This document shows, one piece after another, positions 19,195 to 28,775 of a stretch of DNA of 64,000 bases (positions within the stretch are counted from its first letter, which is position 1; every line of letters begins with the position of its first letter). The translations under genes and the position numbers were made by a program. The stretch covers positions 320-64,319 of the forward strand of contig JAWOBN010000081.1 in assembly GCA_046484245.1 (NCBI GenBank), given 5' to 3'. The stretch is from a bacterium. Its GTDB lineage: Bacteria; Hydrothermota; 32-111. The notes beneath the pieces were generated by a model that ran no database searches, was not told the origin of the DNA, and worked only from the letters and a program-made list of their open reading frames with translations.

Positions 19195-21906
19195 ATGGAT
19201 AAAAAGCCGCAGATATCTCAAGCAGAAAGAAAAATACTCAAATCATTCGGTAAGAGAATAGACCAGAATGATCCCGGTGCTCATAATAATCTTGCTGTTG
19301 TTTATTACAATAAGGGACTTTATGATGAGGCAATAGAGGAGCTGGAGAAGGCACTCTCAATAGACCCCAAGTTCACGCTCGCCAAGAAGAATCTTGAGCT
19401 TATCTATAAAGAGAGCGGGATGTATGACAAGAAGATAGCTGAATATCAGGAGCATCTCAAAAACAATCCGGATGATCTGGAGACAAGGTTTAAATTAGCT
19501 GAAGCTCTCAATAATATGGGCAAATCACTTGATGCAATATCCGAATACAAGAATGTGCTGAAGAAAGACCAGCATTTCATTGATGCGAGAATCAATCTGA
19601 GCAGTGTGTATAAGTCCCTCGGCATGTATGACGAGGCAATTGAGGAGTACAGGAAAGCATTGAACTCAAGGCCCAATTCCGCCCAGCTTCACTCCATGCT
19701 CGGTGAGGCGTATTACAACAAGGGTATTCTTGATAATGCCATCAAGGAGTTCAGGAATGCACTGAAGATTGACGATAAACTGGCTGAAGCGCATTTTCTC
19801 CTCGGATTTGTTCTGGGAGAGAAGGGGCAGTTTGATGAAGCTATAAAGGAAACAAAGAAGGCAATAAAGCTCAATCCCTCTTACGGCAAGACAGAGGCGA
19901 ATCTCGGTATTGATTTCTATCAGGCAGGTGCATATGAGAGGATGCAGGCTGAAAAGAACACATCAGTACAGGTGCAGCCCAACAGTTTCCTGACCCATTT
20001 TACACTGGGCATAGGTTTCCGCAATAAGGGGCTGTTCTCTGAGGCATTGAAGGAATTCAAAAAAGCTGAGGAGACTGAGCCTGAGAATGACATCATACAT
20101 GTCCAGATAGGCGAGATACATCTGCTGAGGGATAATAATCAGGAGGCAATTGAAGAATATCAGAAAGCCCTGAAGTATGACCCGTACAGTCCCAAACCCG
20201 CGAATGACATGGGTATTGCATATCACAGAATGGGCAATATTGACAAGGCAATTGAATTGTACAGGAAGGCAATTGAGAATGATAAAGCTTATGTGATGGC
20301 GTACAATAATCTTGCAATTGCAATGATTCATAAGGATAATAATGAGGAAGCAAAGAAATTGTTCTATCAGGCGAATGAGATAAGAGAGGACTATATTGAT
20401 TCCTATCTGAATCTCTCCATTATGAAGATAGAGGAAGGTGAATTTGAAAAGGCGCATGAACTCAATCAGAAGGTGATTGACATCAAGGGCGAATATCCTC
20501 TTGCTTATAATTATATGGGTATTATATACAGGGAGAGGGGGAATTATGACGAAGCCCTCAAGTATTTTGAGAAATCAATTCAGATAGATGATTCATTTGC
20601 CGAATCATACTATAATCTCGGCTTCACTCTCTCCAAACTGGGCAAATACGAGAAAGCACTGAAATACACCAAAAAAGCATTGGAACTCAGCCCTTATTAT
20701 ACAGAGGCAAGATACAAGCTCGGACTGGATTTCTATGCTGACAAGGTGGATGTGCTGATTGAAACAGAGATAACAAGGGAGAATCAGCCTGATGCATCCG
20801 CAATGGAGGCATTTGAAATGAATGAATCCGATTCCCCGGATATGTTCGGCAGTGTATTTGAGGAAGAGACTGAAACAACATTCACTATGGAGGATGAGGC
20901 AGGCAAAGAGGCTCTCTCATCACTGGATGAAATAAGAGAGGAAGCACTGGCTTCATCCCAAGCCCGTGATTATGATCAGGCAATAGAAAAAGCCCTTGAG
21001 GTGCTGCGTAAAGAGGAGAATGACACACAGATGATGCGTATTATCGGTGATGCATACTATATCAAGGAGATTTACGGTGAGGCAGAGGAATACTACAATA
21101 AGATACTTGAAATGGAACCCGAGAATGAGGATGTGCTGCTCAAGGAGGCAAAGATACTTATTGCCAAAGACAATTATGACAAGGCATCGGATCTCCTGAA
21201 CCGCATATTTGATATCAATGAGGAGAACACAGAGGCAGGCAGTGAACTTGCTTTTGTTGAATGGCAGCGCGGGAATACAGACAGGGCAAAAACACTGCTT
21301 GAAAAAGTGCTTGAGAAGGACAGCGGGAATATTGATGCAATGACATATCTTGCTGAAATATATGAATCGGAAAACAGGAATGAGGATGCACTGGATATAT
21401 ACAGGAAGATCATTGAAATAGACGGGCAGAATCATCATGTACTGTATCAGACAGGTATAGTCCTGAGGAAACTGAAGGATTATGATTCTGCAATGGAATA
21501 TCTGCTCAAAGCCATTGAGATAAAGGGTGATTTTATTGATGCAATGAAGGAAGCTGCAACAATATATGAGATACAGGATGAGTATGAAAGAGCAATAGAT
21601 GTGTATGATAGAATAACTGATATTGAGCCGGATGATATTGCCAGTATCATGAAACAGGGGGATCTCTATCAGGAATTGGAAGAATACGAAAATGCAAAAG
21701 CAAATTACAAGAATATAATAAAGATCAATAAAGACAACAGGGAAGCAGTATTCAAGCTGGGTAAGATACTTGCAAGGGAAGGCTATATAAAGGAAGCAAT
21801 GGAAAAATGGAATTCTATTATTCAGCGGGACCCTGACCATGTCTATGCTGAAAAGTCACTGAAGGCAATTGAGGCAGCAAGAAACTGGATATCCATATTT
21901 GAATAG
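19195..21906 (+). CDS. Large tetratricopeptide-repeat protein (903 aa)
   Basis: Dozens of 34-aa TPR units (YNKG..DEAIEEY.KAL...P pattern) around an acidic linker. Confidence 0.85.
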   Translation: MDKKPQISQAERKILKSFGKRIDQNDPGAHNNLAVVYYNKGLYDEAIEELEKALSIDPKFTLAKKNLELIYKESGMYDKKIAEYQEHLKNNPDDLETRFKLAEALNNMGKSLDAISEYKNVLKKDQHFIDARINLSSVYKSLGMYDEAIEEYRKALNSRPNSAQLHSMLGEAYYNKGILDNAIKEFRNALKIDDKLAEAHFLLGFVLGEKGQFDEAIKETKKAIKLNPSYGKTEANLGIDFYQAGAYERMQAEKNTSVQVQPNSFLTHFTLGIGFRNKGLFSEALKEFKKAEETEPENDIIHVQIGEIHLLRDNNQEAIEEYQKALKYDPYSPKPANDMGIAYHRMGNIDKAIELYRKAIENDKAYVMAYNNLAIAMIHKDNNEEAKKLFYQANEIREDYIDSYLNLSIMKIEEGEFEKAHELNQKVIDIKGEYPLAYNYMGIIYRERGNYDEALKYFEKSIQIDDSFAESYYNLGFTLSKLGKYEKALKYTKKALELSPYYTEARYKLGLDFYADKVDVLIETEITRENQPDASAMEAFEMNESDSPDMFGSVFEEETETTFTMEDEAGKEALSSLDEIREEALASSQARDYDQAIEKALEVLRKEENDTQMMRIIGDAYYIKEIYGEAEEYYNKILEMEPENEDVLLKEAKILIAKDNYDKASDLLNRIFDINEENTEAGSELAFVEWQRGNTDRAKTLLEKVLEKDSGNIDAMTYLAEIYESENRNEDALDIYRKIIEIDGQNHHVLYQTGIVLRKLKDYDSAMEYLLKAIEIKGDFIDAMKEAATIYEIQDEYERAIDVYDRITDIEPDDIASIMKQGDLYQELEEYENAKANYKNIIKINKDNREAVFKLGKILAREGYIKEAMEKWNSIIQRDPDHVYAEKSLKAIEAARNWISIFE

Positions 21907-21914
21907 GAGGAAAT

Positions 21915-23027
21915 TTGGCAATAGAAGGACCGATTAGTGAACTGAATCTCATTGACCTGTTCCAGATACTCTCATTCAATCAGAAGACAGGTGTGCTGTA
22001 TATTGAGAGAAAAGACGGCGGTGACGCCAGTGTGTATTTCAATAACGGCAGTGTGCAGTATGTGAACCTCAAGGGTTATCATATAGGCCAGGCACTTATC
22101 AAGTCAGGTGAGATCACAAAGGAACAGTATGAGGAGGAGATACTCAAAAGTGTCGGTTCTGATGAATCAAAGATAGCCCATGAAATTATCAAGAGGGGAA
22201 TAATGGGCGAGAAGGCATTCAGGAAATTCCTTGTCACAAGGGTTGAGAATATCATATATTCACTCTTTGAATGGGATGAGGGGTATTTTAAATTTGAAGA
22301 GGGTGCATATACACTTGATGAACTCTTCAAATTCAAGATAAAGACAGAATCGCTTATTATGGAGGGGTCCAGACGGATTGATGAATGGTCCCGTCTCTCG
22401 TCCAAGATATCATCAACAGACCTCAAGCCGATGCTTTCGGACAATACAGAGAAAATGGATGTTATTGACCTTGACCCCAAGGAATGGGAGATTCTCTCAA
22501 TGATCAATGGCGAGAACTCCATCAAGGATATTGCAGAGAAATACGGGAATGAATTCAAGATAGCCAAGCTCATATACGGAATGATGACACTGGGTATTGT
22601 TGAGGTTGCCGACAAGGGCGATCAGCAGGACAAAGGCAACAGGCTGCAGAGAGCGAAGATGTTCTATCAGGACGGTCTTTATGACAAGGCAGCCCGGGAG
22701 ATAAAGGAATTCCTCAAGGATGAGCCTACAAGCCGTGATGCATATATTATTCTGCTGTCATCATACTATGCCCTGAATCAGTTTGAGAATATCAATTCAT
22801 ATTCCCAGAAAGCCTATCAGGCGGGTATGGAGGATGTGAGCATCATGAAATTCAATGCCTTTGCATACTTTAAACAGGGGGAGATTGAATCGGCAGTTGA
22901 GGAGATAAACAGGATTATTGCCAATACGGATGATATGGATACAGTCAACAGAATGCAGGCTATGATTGACTCACTGAACAGTGTAAAGGAGGATATGAAC
23001 CTGTTGATTGGAGGTATCAGTGGATGA
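21915..23027 (+). CDS. DUF4388 (PATAN-like) domain protein with a C-terminal TPR-like region
   Basis: The N-terminus LIDLFQILSFNQKTGVLYIERKDGGDASVYFNNGSVQYV fits the DUF4388 N-terminal consensus. A GGAGG Shine-Dalgarno sequence precedes a TTG start at 21915. Confidence 0.55.
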   Translation: MAIEGPISELNLIDLFQILSFNQKTGVLYIERKDGGDASVYFNNGSVQYVNLKGYHIGQALIKSGEITKEQYEEEILKSVGSDESKIAHEIIKRGIMGEKAFRKFLVTRVENIIYSLFEWDEGYFKFEEGAYTLDELFKFKIKTESLIMEGSRRIDEWSRLSSKISSTDLKPMLSDNTEKMDVIDLDPKEWEILSMINGENSIKDIAEKYGNEFKIAKLIYGMMTLGIVEVADKGDQQDKGNRLQRAKMFYQDGLYDKAAREIKEFLKDEPTSRDAYIILLSSYYALNQFENINSYSQKAYQAGMEDVSIMKFNAFAYFKQGEIESAVEEINRIIANTDDMDTVNRMQAMIDSLNSVKEDMNLLIGGISG

Positions 23028-23775
23028 TAATATGAGAATGGAAAAGGACAGTGTAAAGGTTTTTGTGGGCCTGGCTGAGGAATTTTACAGGAATGATGCC
23101 TATGAACAGGCAATCAATTACTGCAGGATGGCTCTGCATCAGGTGCCGGATATGGAAGAGGCAAAGGAGCTGCTGATAAAATGCTATGAGAAGACAGGTG
23201 AGAAGGATAAGATAGCAGAACTCCGCAGAGTGTCAGAGGGTAATGAAGAGGATTCCGCTCCTGAGAAGACAGAGGAAGAACAGAGGCCTGATGAGCAAAT
23301 TGAAGAGGCAGTGGAGGAGGAAGAGGAGGAAGAGCAGGAAGAGCAGGAAGAACCTGAGCATCAAGGGATTGAAGAAGAGGAAGAGGAGGAGCATGAAGTG
23401 CTCAGTGCTGACCAGACAGAGGACAGGCTGGAAAGTGCTCTTGCAGACATCAATTCCATTAAGGGAGTCCTGGGCAGTATTATTATTGAGGAATCGGGTA
23501 TTATCATAAAGGAGAAGACAGTTGAAGAACTAGATGCAGAGATAGCATCCGCACTCTTTTCCACTATCTTTTCTGTATGTGAGGACTCTGTTGAGAAACT
23601 GGAACTGGGAGAGGTGAACAGGGTCTTTATTGAAATCGGCAAGGTGAGGATATACCTCTTCAAGGGCAATGGCTATATAATAGGCATATTCACTGAAGAG
23701 ATCGTCAAGATAGGCCTTATACATGTCAGGGCGAAACAATTATTGAAAAACATAAAAGAGGTGCTCGGAGTATGA
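23008..23775 (+). CDS. Roadblock/LC7-domain protein with an N-terminal helical region and a poly-Glu linker
   Basis: The C-terminal region of about 110 aa (GVLGSIIIEESGIIIKEK...VRIYLFKGNGYIIGIFTEE) has the Roadblock/LC7 (MglB-like) pattern. A run of 30 or more acidic residues precedes it. Confidence 0.6.
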   Translation: MEVSVDDNMRMEKDSVKVFVGLAEEFYRNDAYEQAINYCRMALHQVPDMEEAKELLIKCYEKTGEKDKIAELRRVSEGNEEDSAPEKTEEEQRPDEQIEEAVEEEEEEEQEEQEEPEHQGIEEEEEEEHEVLSADQTEDRLESALADINSIKGVLGSIIIEESGIIIKEKTVEELDAEIASALFSTIFSVCEDSVEKLELGEVNRVFIEIGKVRIYLFKGNGYIIGIFTEEIVKIGLIHVRAKQLLKNIKEVLGV

Positions 23776-24116
23776 AGGAAATTCTGGAAAAACTCTCCAC
23801 TATTCAAGGGGTCCGCGGAGTTGCATTGATATCCAAGGATGATGGTCTGATAATAGAAAAGATATTCTATGATGCGTCAAGCAGTGAGATAATGGGTGCA
23901 ATGATTGCAAATATGAGCCGGGAGATGGAAAATGCTCTGGGCAAGGCAACTGACAAGATACCTGTATTATCAACACTGTATGCTGAAAAGGGTGAGATTG
24001 TCTTTATTGCCAAATCGGAATTCATACTTTCCCTTCTCTGCGAGAAGACCATAAATCTTGGTGTTGTGATAATAAAATTGAGAGAAACCGCCTCAGAAAT
24101 ACAATCCCAGCTGTAA
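23772..24116 (+). CDS. Roadblock/LC7-domain protein (114 aa)
   Basis: The sequence LSTIQGVRGVALISKDDGLIIEK...EKGEIVFIAKSEFILSLLCEK has the canonical Roadblock fold signature. Confidence 0.7.
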   Translation: MKEILEKLSTIQGVRGVALISKDDGLIIEKIFYDASSSEIMGAMIANMSREMENALGKATDKIPVLSTLYAEKGEIVFIAKSEFILSLLCEKTINLGVVIIKLRETASEIQSQL

Positions 24117-24117
24117 T

Positions 24118-24591
24118 ATGAAAAGTTTGATACTGACTCCTGAAACCCTCAGGGTTCTGGAAGATTCGGTAAATGAATATATGGTGGAGACCAGGGTTAA
24201 GGCTGTTCTGATTATAAATACAGCCGGTCAGGTGCTTTTCAAGAGAGGGCTTGCCAAGAGTGATAATTTTGTGCAGTCAGTAGGCGCTCTTTCTGCCGGT
24301 ATTTTCAATGCAACAGTAGGTCTTGCAAAATTGCTCGGTGATGATTATTTTGACAATATCTTCCAGGAGGGGAAAAAATATTCACTGTTCTACTCATCAC
24401 TCAATAAGAGCACACTGCTGCTTGCTGTCTATGATAAAACTGCTCTTATCGGTGTTATCAGGGTCATGACAAAGAAGCTCACGGAGCGCATCGGCAAACT
24501 GATGATGGATGAGGAGGAGAGCACTTCCTCTGAATTTGACAGTGATTACAAGGATGAGGTGGAGAATCTCATAGACAATATGTTCAGCTGA
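24118..24591 (+). CDS. Roadblock/LC7-domain protein (157 aa) with an acidic C-terminal tail
   Basis: VKAVLIINTAGQVLFKRG...SLFYSSLNKSTLLLAVYDKTA is Roadblock-like. The acidic tail recalls the C-termini of MglB proteins. Confidence 0.65.
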   Translation: MKSLILTPETLRVLEDSVNEYMVETRVKAVLIINTAGQVLFKRGLAKSDNFVQSVGALSAGIFNATVGLAKLLGDDYFDNIFQEGKKYSLFYSSLNKSTLLLAVYDKTALIGVIRVMTKKLTERIGKLMMDEEESTSSEFDSDYKDEVENLIDNMFS

Positions 24592-24992
24592 CATATCAAG
24601 TTCAGGCATGCAGTCATTGCATCTGTATTCTGCACCCGGTATTCAGACATCAGTCAACCATTATTCATCAGCAGTCGTTTTCCTGAAGTCAGGGTAAACC
24701 TGCACCTTTACGTCTTTCCCCATAAGAAAAAGTCACTGAATATAATTATTATGTAATGTTTGTTTTCTTAATAAAAAATCATTGAGCATAGCGATTGATG
24801 TAATGACTGTGAGGCTCACACATTCTCATCAGCACCGAATTACTTGTTATGCACGGTTTGGCAAAGGTGCTTTCTGAGAACTGTCCCCGCCTCATATTAT
24901 TTATGAGGAAACATATATCTTTCAGGTACTTTATTTTTGAGGAATATCGCCTTTATTGACAATCAGCTGATAAATGATACTATTCATATATA

Positions 24993-26321
24993 ATGAGAAA
25001 AATATCAATATTGCTCAATATAATCATTCTTATGATGCTGATACACGGGGACCAGACAACACTGGTTCACCCCCCGTTCAAGCATAATATGGGATTCAAC
25101 AGGGCAAATTCAACTATTGCAAGAATGGTGCTGGGAAGGGATGTGCGTTTCCACAGAACAGGAGGGCTCTTTGCTCTTAAACTCAAATCAGAGGATGACC
25201 CCACAACAAGAAAGGACAATGCCATACTGACACTATTCGGCATAAACAATCATAAAATTGTCTATAATGTCAATACGAATCAATTGAGGACATTCGGTGA
25301 AAAGGGCAGGGATGACAGCACCGGAGCATTGTATTATCCCACTGATATTGCTGCAACAGAGTCAGGCAGTGTTTATCTTACTGATACATATAATTACAGG
25401 GTAGTCAAACTGAGATATGATTCTGCTGCAGATACCCTGGCTTTTGCAGGTTCAGCAGGAGGATTCGGCATAGATTCCTCGTCATTTGACCTTCCGGCAA
25501 TGCTTGACCTGGACAGTGATGAGAATATCTATATAACAGACAGGGGCAATGACCGCATTGTTGTGATGGATTCACTCCTGAGACCTCTGAAAATACTGAA
25601 AAACATATCCGGTCCGGGCGGTATTGCTGTAATAGATAAGGACAAGGGATACTGCAGGGTGAAGGATGAAAAACCGTTCATTGTTACTATATCCGGTGGT
25701 GTGTATATTCTCAAACTCTCAATGAAAGGCACTGAGATTGCACGCCAGAATGCAAGCAATATACCCGGATACAGCAATGCGGGTTTTGTTCATGCGGATT
25801 ATGATTATCACGGGAATATATGGGTGACGGATTCCGTCAATTCAGTGGTGCATAAATTTGACAGTGACCTCAACTATATTGTCACATTCGGCAGTAAAGG
25901 GTATGGTGACAAACAATTCTATAAACCCTCGGGTATAACCATATACAGGAAATACGGTCAGGTGTTTATTGGCGAGAAGAGCGGATTTCAATACTACTGG
26001 GTCGGTGTGGACGGATGGATAGAATCCCTTACACCCTCAACAATAACAGATTCCACAAAGGGTCTCACAATAACACTTTATACAACAGAACAATGCAGGG
26101 TCAAGATAGATATAAAACACAAAGGGCAGGCAGTGAGGCAATTGACCAAATACCTCAGGAGGAATCTCGGCATCAATCACATTGTATGGGACCTCAAGAA
26201 CAGTGAAGGCGAGCCCATAGAAGGCAGCGGTGTGTATGATATCAACATAGAGCTGGAGCCTCTATATTCTTCAAGGGGCTTTTTTGTCAAGCAGATAAGG
26301 GGCAGGGTTGAGAAAGAGTAG
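24993..26321 (+). CDS. Secreted NHL-repeat protein with a C-terminal FlgD-Ig/T9SS-type sorting-like domain
   Basis: Signal peptide. Repeated YxTDxxNxRVV motifs (YLTDTYNYRVVKL, IYITDRGNDRIVVMD, IWVTDSVNSVVHKFD). The C-terminal segment HIVWDLKNSEGEPIEGSGVYDINIEL is FlgD_ig-like. Confidence 0.7.
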   Translation: MRKISILLNIIILMMLIHGDQTTLVHPPFKHNMGFNRANSTIARMVLGRDVRFHRTGGLFALKLKSEDDPTTRKDNAILTLFGINNHKIVYNVNTNQLRTFGEKGRDDSTGALYYPTDIAATESGSVYLTDTYNYRVVKLRYDSAADTLAFAGSAGGFGIDSSSFDLPAMLDLDSDENIYITDRGNDRIVVMDSLLRPLKILKNISGPGGIAVIDKDKGYCRVKDEKPFIVTISGGVYILKLSMKGTEIARQNASNIPGYSNAGFVHADYDYHGNIWVTDSVNSVVHKFDSDLNYIVTFGSKGYGDKQFYKPSGITIYRKYGQVFIGEKSGFQYYWVGVDGWIESLTPSTITDSTKGLTITLYTTEQCRVKIDIKHKGQAVRQLTKYLRRNLGINHIVWDLKNSEGEPIEGSGVYDINIELEPLYSSRGFFVKQIRGRVEKE

Positions 26322-27096
26322 CCTGTTGATTTTGCTGATGCTAATTGTTTTTTCTATTCCCCTCTTCAGTCATGAGAGTATTATCTCAGCAGCGCCCAAT
26401 ATCACGGAATGCCTCATATATCTGGGACAGCAGGAGAAAATAACAGGAAGGACTGATTATTGTGATTATCATGAAACATCGGATATACCTGTCACAGGCA
26501 GCTATACATCACTCAATTTTGAAACAGTATTGAAAGTCAATCCCGATATTGTGATTTTCTCAGGCAATCTTACTGATAATGAGGCTGTATTCCTTGACAA
26601 TCAGGGCATAGATTATATTGATATACGCATGGAAGATTACAGAACAGTGTATGAAGGTCTGCATCGTCTGGCTGATATCACGGATGCAGATACAGGCATA
26701 AACATTGCAGCTGATTCGCTCATTGACCTCTTCGGGCAGGCAGGCGGCAGTGTATATATTGAGATCAGCAATAATCCCCTGATGGCAGCAACTGAGCATT
26801 CCTATGCGGGGAGTATACTGAAAGCTGCGGGATTTGATGTAATGACTCCTTCCGGCAGACCATATTCAACTGTTTCACAGGAATTTATTATTGATTATAA
26901 TCCGGACATAATCATTGTGATGAGCAGGGGGCATAATGTCAGCTCCAGGATGGGATGGTCGCATATTGAAGCTGTGAAAAGAGGCAGGATAATATATTCA
27001 AGTGACAGGGAGATTGACGTGCTGTCAAGACCGGGTCCGCGTTTACCTGAGGCAATAAACATATTAAGGGGATATATTGAAAGCATTGAGGATTAA
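26308..27096 (+). CDS. ABC transporter periplasmic binding protein, class 8 (BtuF/FhuD-like: cobalamin, Fe-siderophore or heme)
   Basis: Signal peptide, BtuF-like size and bilobal pattern, and a position directly upstream of the FecCD permease. Confidence 0.7.
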   Translation: MRKSSLLILLMLIVFSIPLFSHESIISAAPNITECLIYLGQQEKITGRTDYCDYHETSDIPVTGSYTSLNFETVLKVNPDIVIFSGNLTDNEAVFLDNQGIDYIDIRMEDYRTVYEGLHRLADITDADTGINIAADSLIDLFGQAGGSVYIEISNNPLMAATEHSYAGSILKAAGFDVMTPSGRPYSTVSQEFIIDYNPDIIIVMSRGHNVSSRMGWSHIEAVKRGRIIYSSDREIDVLSRPGPRLPEAINILRGYIESIED

Positions 27097-28033
27097 ATAT
27101 CTTCTGATGTTTTTGCTGATAGTTTGTCTATCGGGCATCTATCTGACTATAGGGAGTCAATGGAGATTTGACACTTCATCAAGCATAATACTCAGTATCC
27201 GCCTGCCCAGACTTATACTGGCTCTTATTACAGGCAGTGTGCTTGCCCTTTCAGGTGCAATAATGCAGGGCATACTTCAGAATCCGCTTGCTGACCCTTA
27301 TCTGCTGGGCATTTCAGGCGGAGCAGTACTGGGAACAACTGTTGCCGGGATTCTGTTTAAAGGCAATATTATTGCCTCTGTGCTGTTTTCATTCATGGGT
27401 GGACTGGGTGCTTTCTTCCTAACATTATTCATTGCAGGACTGTCAGGAGGCAATAGAAGATATGCCATGATTATTGCAGGCATATTGATAGGCTCATTTG
27501 CATCTGCCGGGGTAGCTGTACTGTATATTGTATTCAGGCAGGGGATATCGTCATTTTTCTATACTGTTATGGGCAGTCTCAACAGGGTGTTCATTATAAA
27601 CTATATTCCCCTCTATATTACTGTCGGTATTATTATAATGCTGCTTGTAATATATCTTGTATCAAGGGCAAAGAGAATGGAAATCATATCCTCAGGCAGC
27701 GATATAGCTGAGACATCGGGTATTGAAGTAAAGAGAGAGATACTCTCATCACTTGTCATTACTGCATTCATAGTATCTGCAGTTGTTGCATTTACAGGCA
27801 TTATAGGTTTTGTGGGAATCATGGTGCCTCATATTGTAAGAAGATTTGTTCCAATGAAATTCTTTCACATATATATGTTCTCTCTTCTGGGCGGTGCTCT
27901 GCTCCTTACAGGCTCTGATCTCATTGCAAAATCTCTTATGACTGCAGAGATTCCCGTGGGTGTGATAACATCACTCCTGGGCATACCGTTCTTCATATAT
28001 ATACTCAAGCGGGGGCAGGATGTTCAGGATTAG
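27077..28033 (+). CDS. FecCD-family ABC permease (BtuC-like)
   Basis: Nine to ten TM helices and the conserved FecCD region LLGISGGAVLG... Confidence 0.8.
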   Translation: MKALRIKYLLMFLLIVCLSGIYLTIGSQWRFDTSSSIILSIRLPRLILALITGSVLALSGAIMQGILQNPLADPYLLGISGGAVLGTTVAGILFKGNIIASVLFSFMGGLGAFFLTLFIAGLSGGNRRYAMIIAGILIGSFASAGVAVLYIVFRQGISSFFYTVMGSLNRVFIINYIPLYITVGIIIMLLVIYLVSRAKRMEIISSGSDIAETSGIEVKREILSSLVITAFIVSAVVAFTGIIGFVGIMVPHIVRRFVPMKFFHIYMFSLLGGALLLTGSDLIAKSLMTAEIPVGVITSLLGIPFFIYILKRGQDVQD

Positions 28034-28775
28034 AGACCTGCGTTTTGCATACTCAAAAAGGGATGTTGTCCGGATAGAGTCAATGGATATGCCGGACAGG
28101 GGATTATTCGCAATTGTAGGACCCAATGGTGCAGGCAAAAGCACATTGATAAAGATAATAGCAGGCATACTGAAGAACTACAGGGGTTCCATTATGATAG
28201 ACAGCAGGGAACTGGCTGATTACAGTGCAGCTCAGATGGCTGATATGAGGAGTTATGTGCCCCAGAATACTGCTGTTCACTTTGGATTCACTGTACAGCA
28301 GTTCATTGAATTCGGGCAGTACAGGCGTATGGGGCTTTTTTCAGCAATGCCTGCATCTTTGAAAAACAAGCTGGCGGATACTCTCAAGCAGCTTGAACTG
28401 GATGAATTGAGGCATAAGAGTGTCAGTGAAATAAGCGGCGGTGAGCTTCAGAAGACGCATATTGCAAGGGCTCTTTTTCAGGACTCAAATATAATGCTTC
28501 TGGATGAACCTGTAAGCAGTATAGACATACATCATAAATATGAGATAATGAAATTCCTCAGAACACTTTCACAGGACAAATTGATACTCTATGTCACACA
28601 TGATATAGTGACTGCATTGAATTATTCTGACAGGATCATTGCACTTAAAGAAGGCGCCCTGATTGATATAAAAAAACCGCCGGATATGGATGAAACTGTG
28701 AAGGCACTGTACGGCAATGCTTTCACAATTGAAGAAATAAGAAATAATTATGTAATAATTGAAGGGGAAGATTAA
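28020..28775 (+). CDS. ABC transporter ATPase (BtuD/FepC-like)
   Basis: Walker A GPNGAGKSTL, signature ISGGELQK and Walker B LLDEP. Confidence 0.85.
   Translation: MFRIRDLRFAYSKRDVVRIESMDMPDRGLFAIVGPNGAGKSTLIKIIAGILKNYRGSIMIDSRELADYSAAQMADMRSYVPQNTAVHFGFTVQQFIEFGQYRRMGLFSAMPASLKNKLADTLKQLELDELRHKSVSEISGGELQKTHIARALFQDSNIMLLDEPVSSIDIHHKYEIMKFLRTLSQDKLILYVTHDIVTALNYSDRIIALKEGALIDIKKPPDMDETVKALYGNAFTIEEIRNNYVIIEGED

Noticed and set aside
19963-21840. 164-aa and 295-aa minus-strand ORFs
   Set aside because: Both are antisense shadows of the TPR gene. The Cys/Ile/Phe-rich composition is typical of reverse frames of GAA/AAG-rich coding sequence.
22079-22615. 178-aa minus-strand ORF
   Set aside because: Antisense to the DUF4388 gene.
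23243-23509. 88-aa KR-rich plus-strand ORF
   Set aside because: Frame-shifted reading of the GAG/GAA poly-Glu tract inside the Roadblock gene.
21915-24591. Looked for an MglA-like small GTPase (GxxxxGK[ST] P-loop of about 200 aa) next to the Roadblock genes
   Set aside because: None of the ORFs in or flanking the cluster has a GTPase P-loop. The P-loops in the window belong to phoH, ABC ATPases, rarA and the STAND protein.
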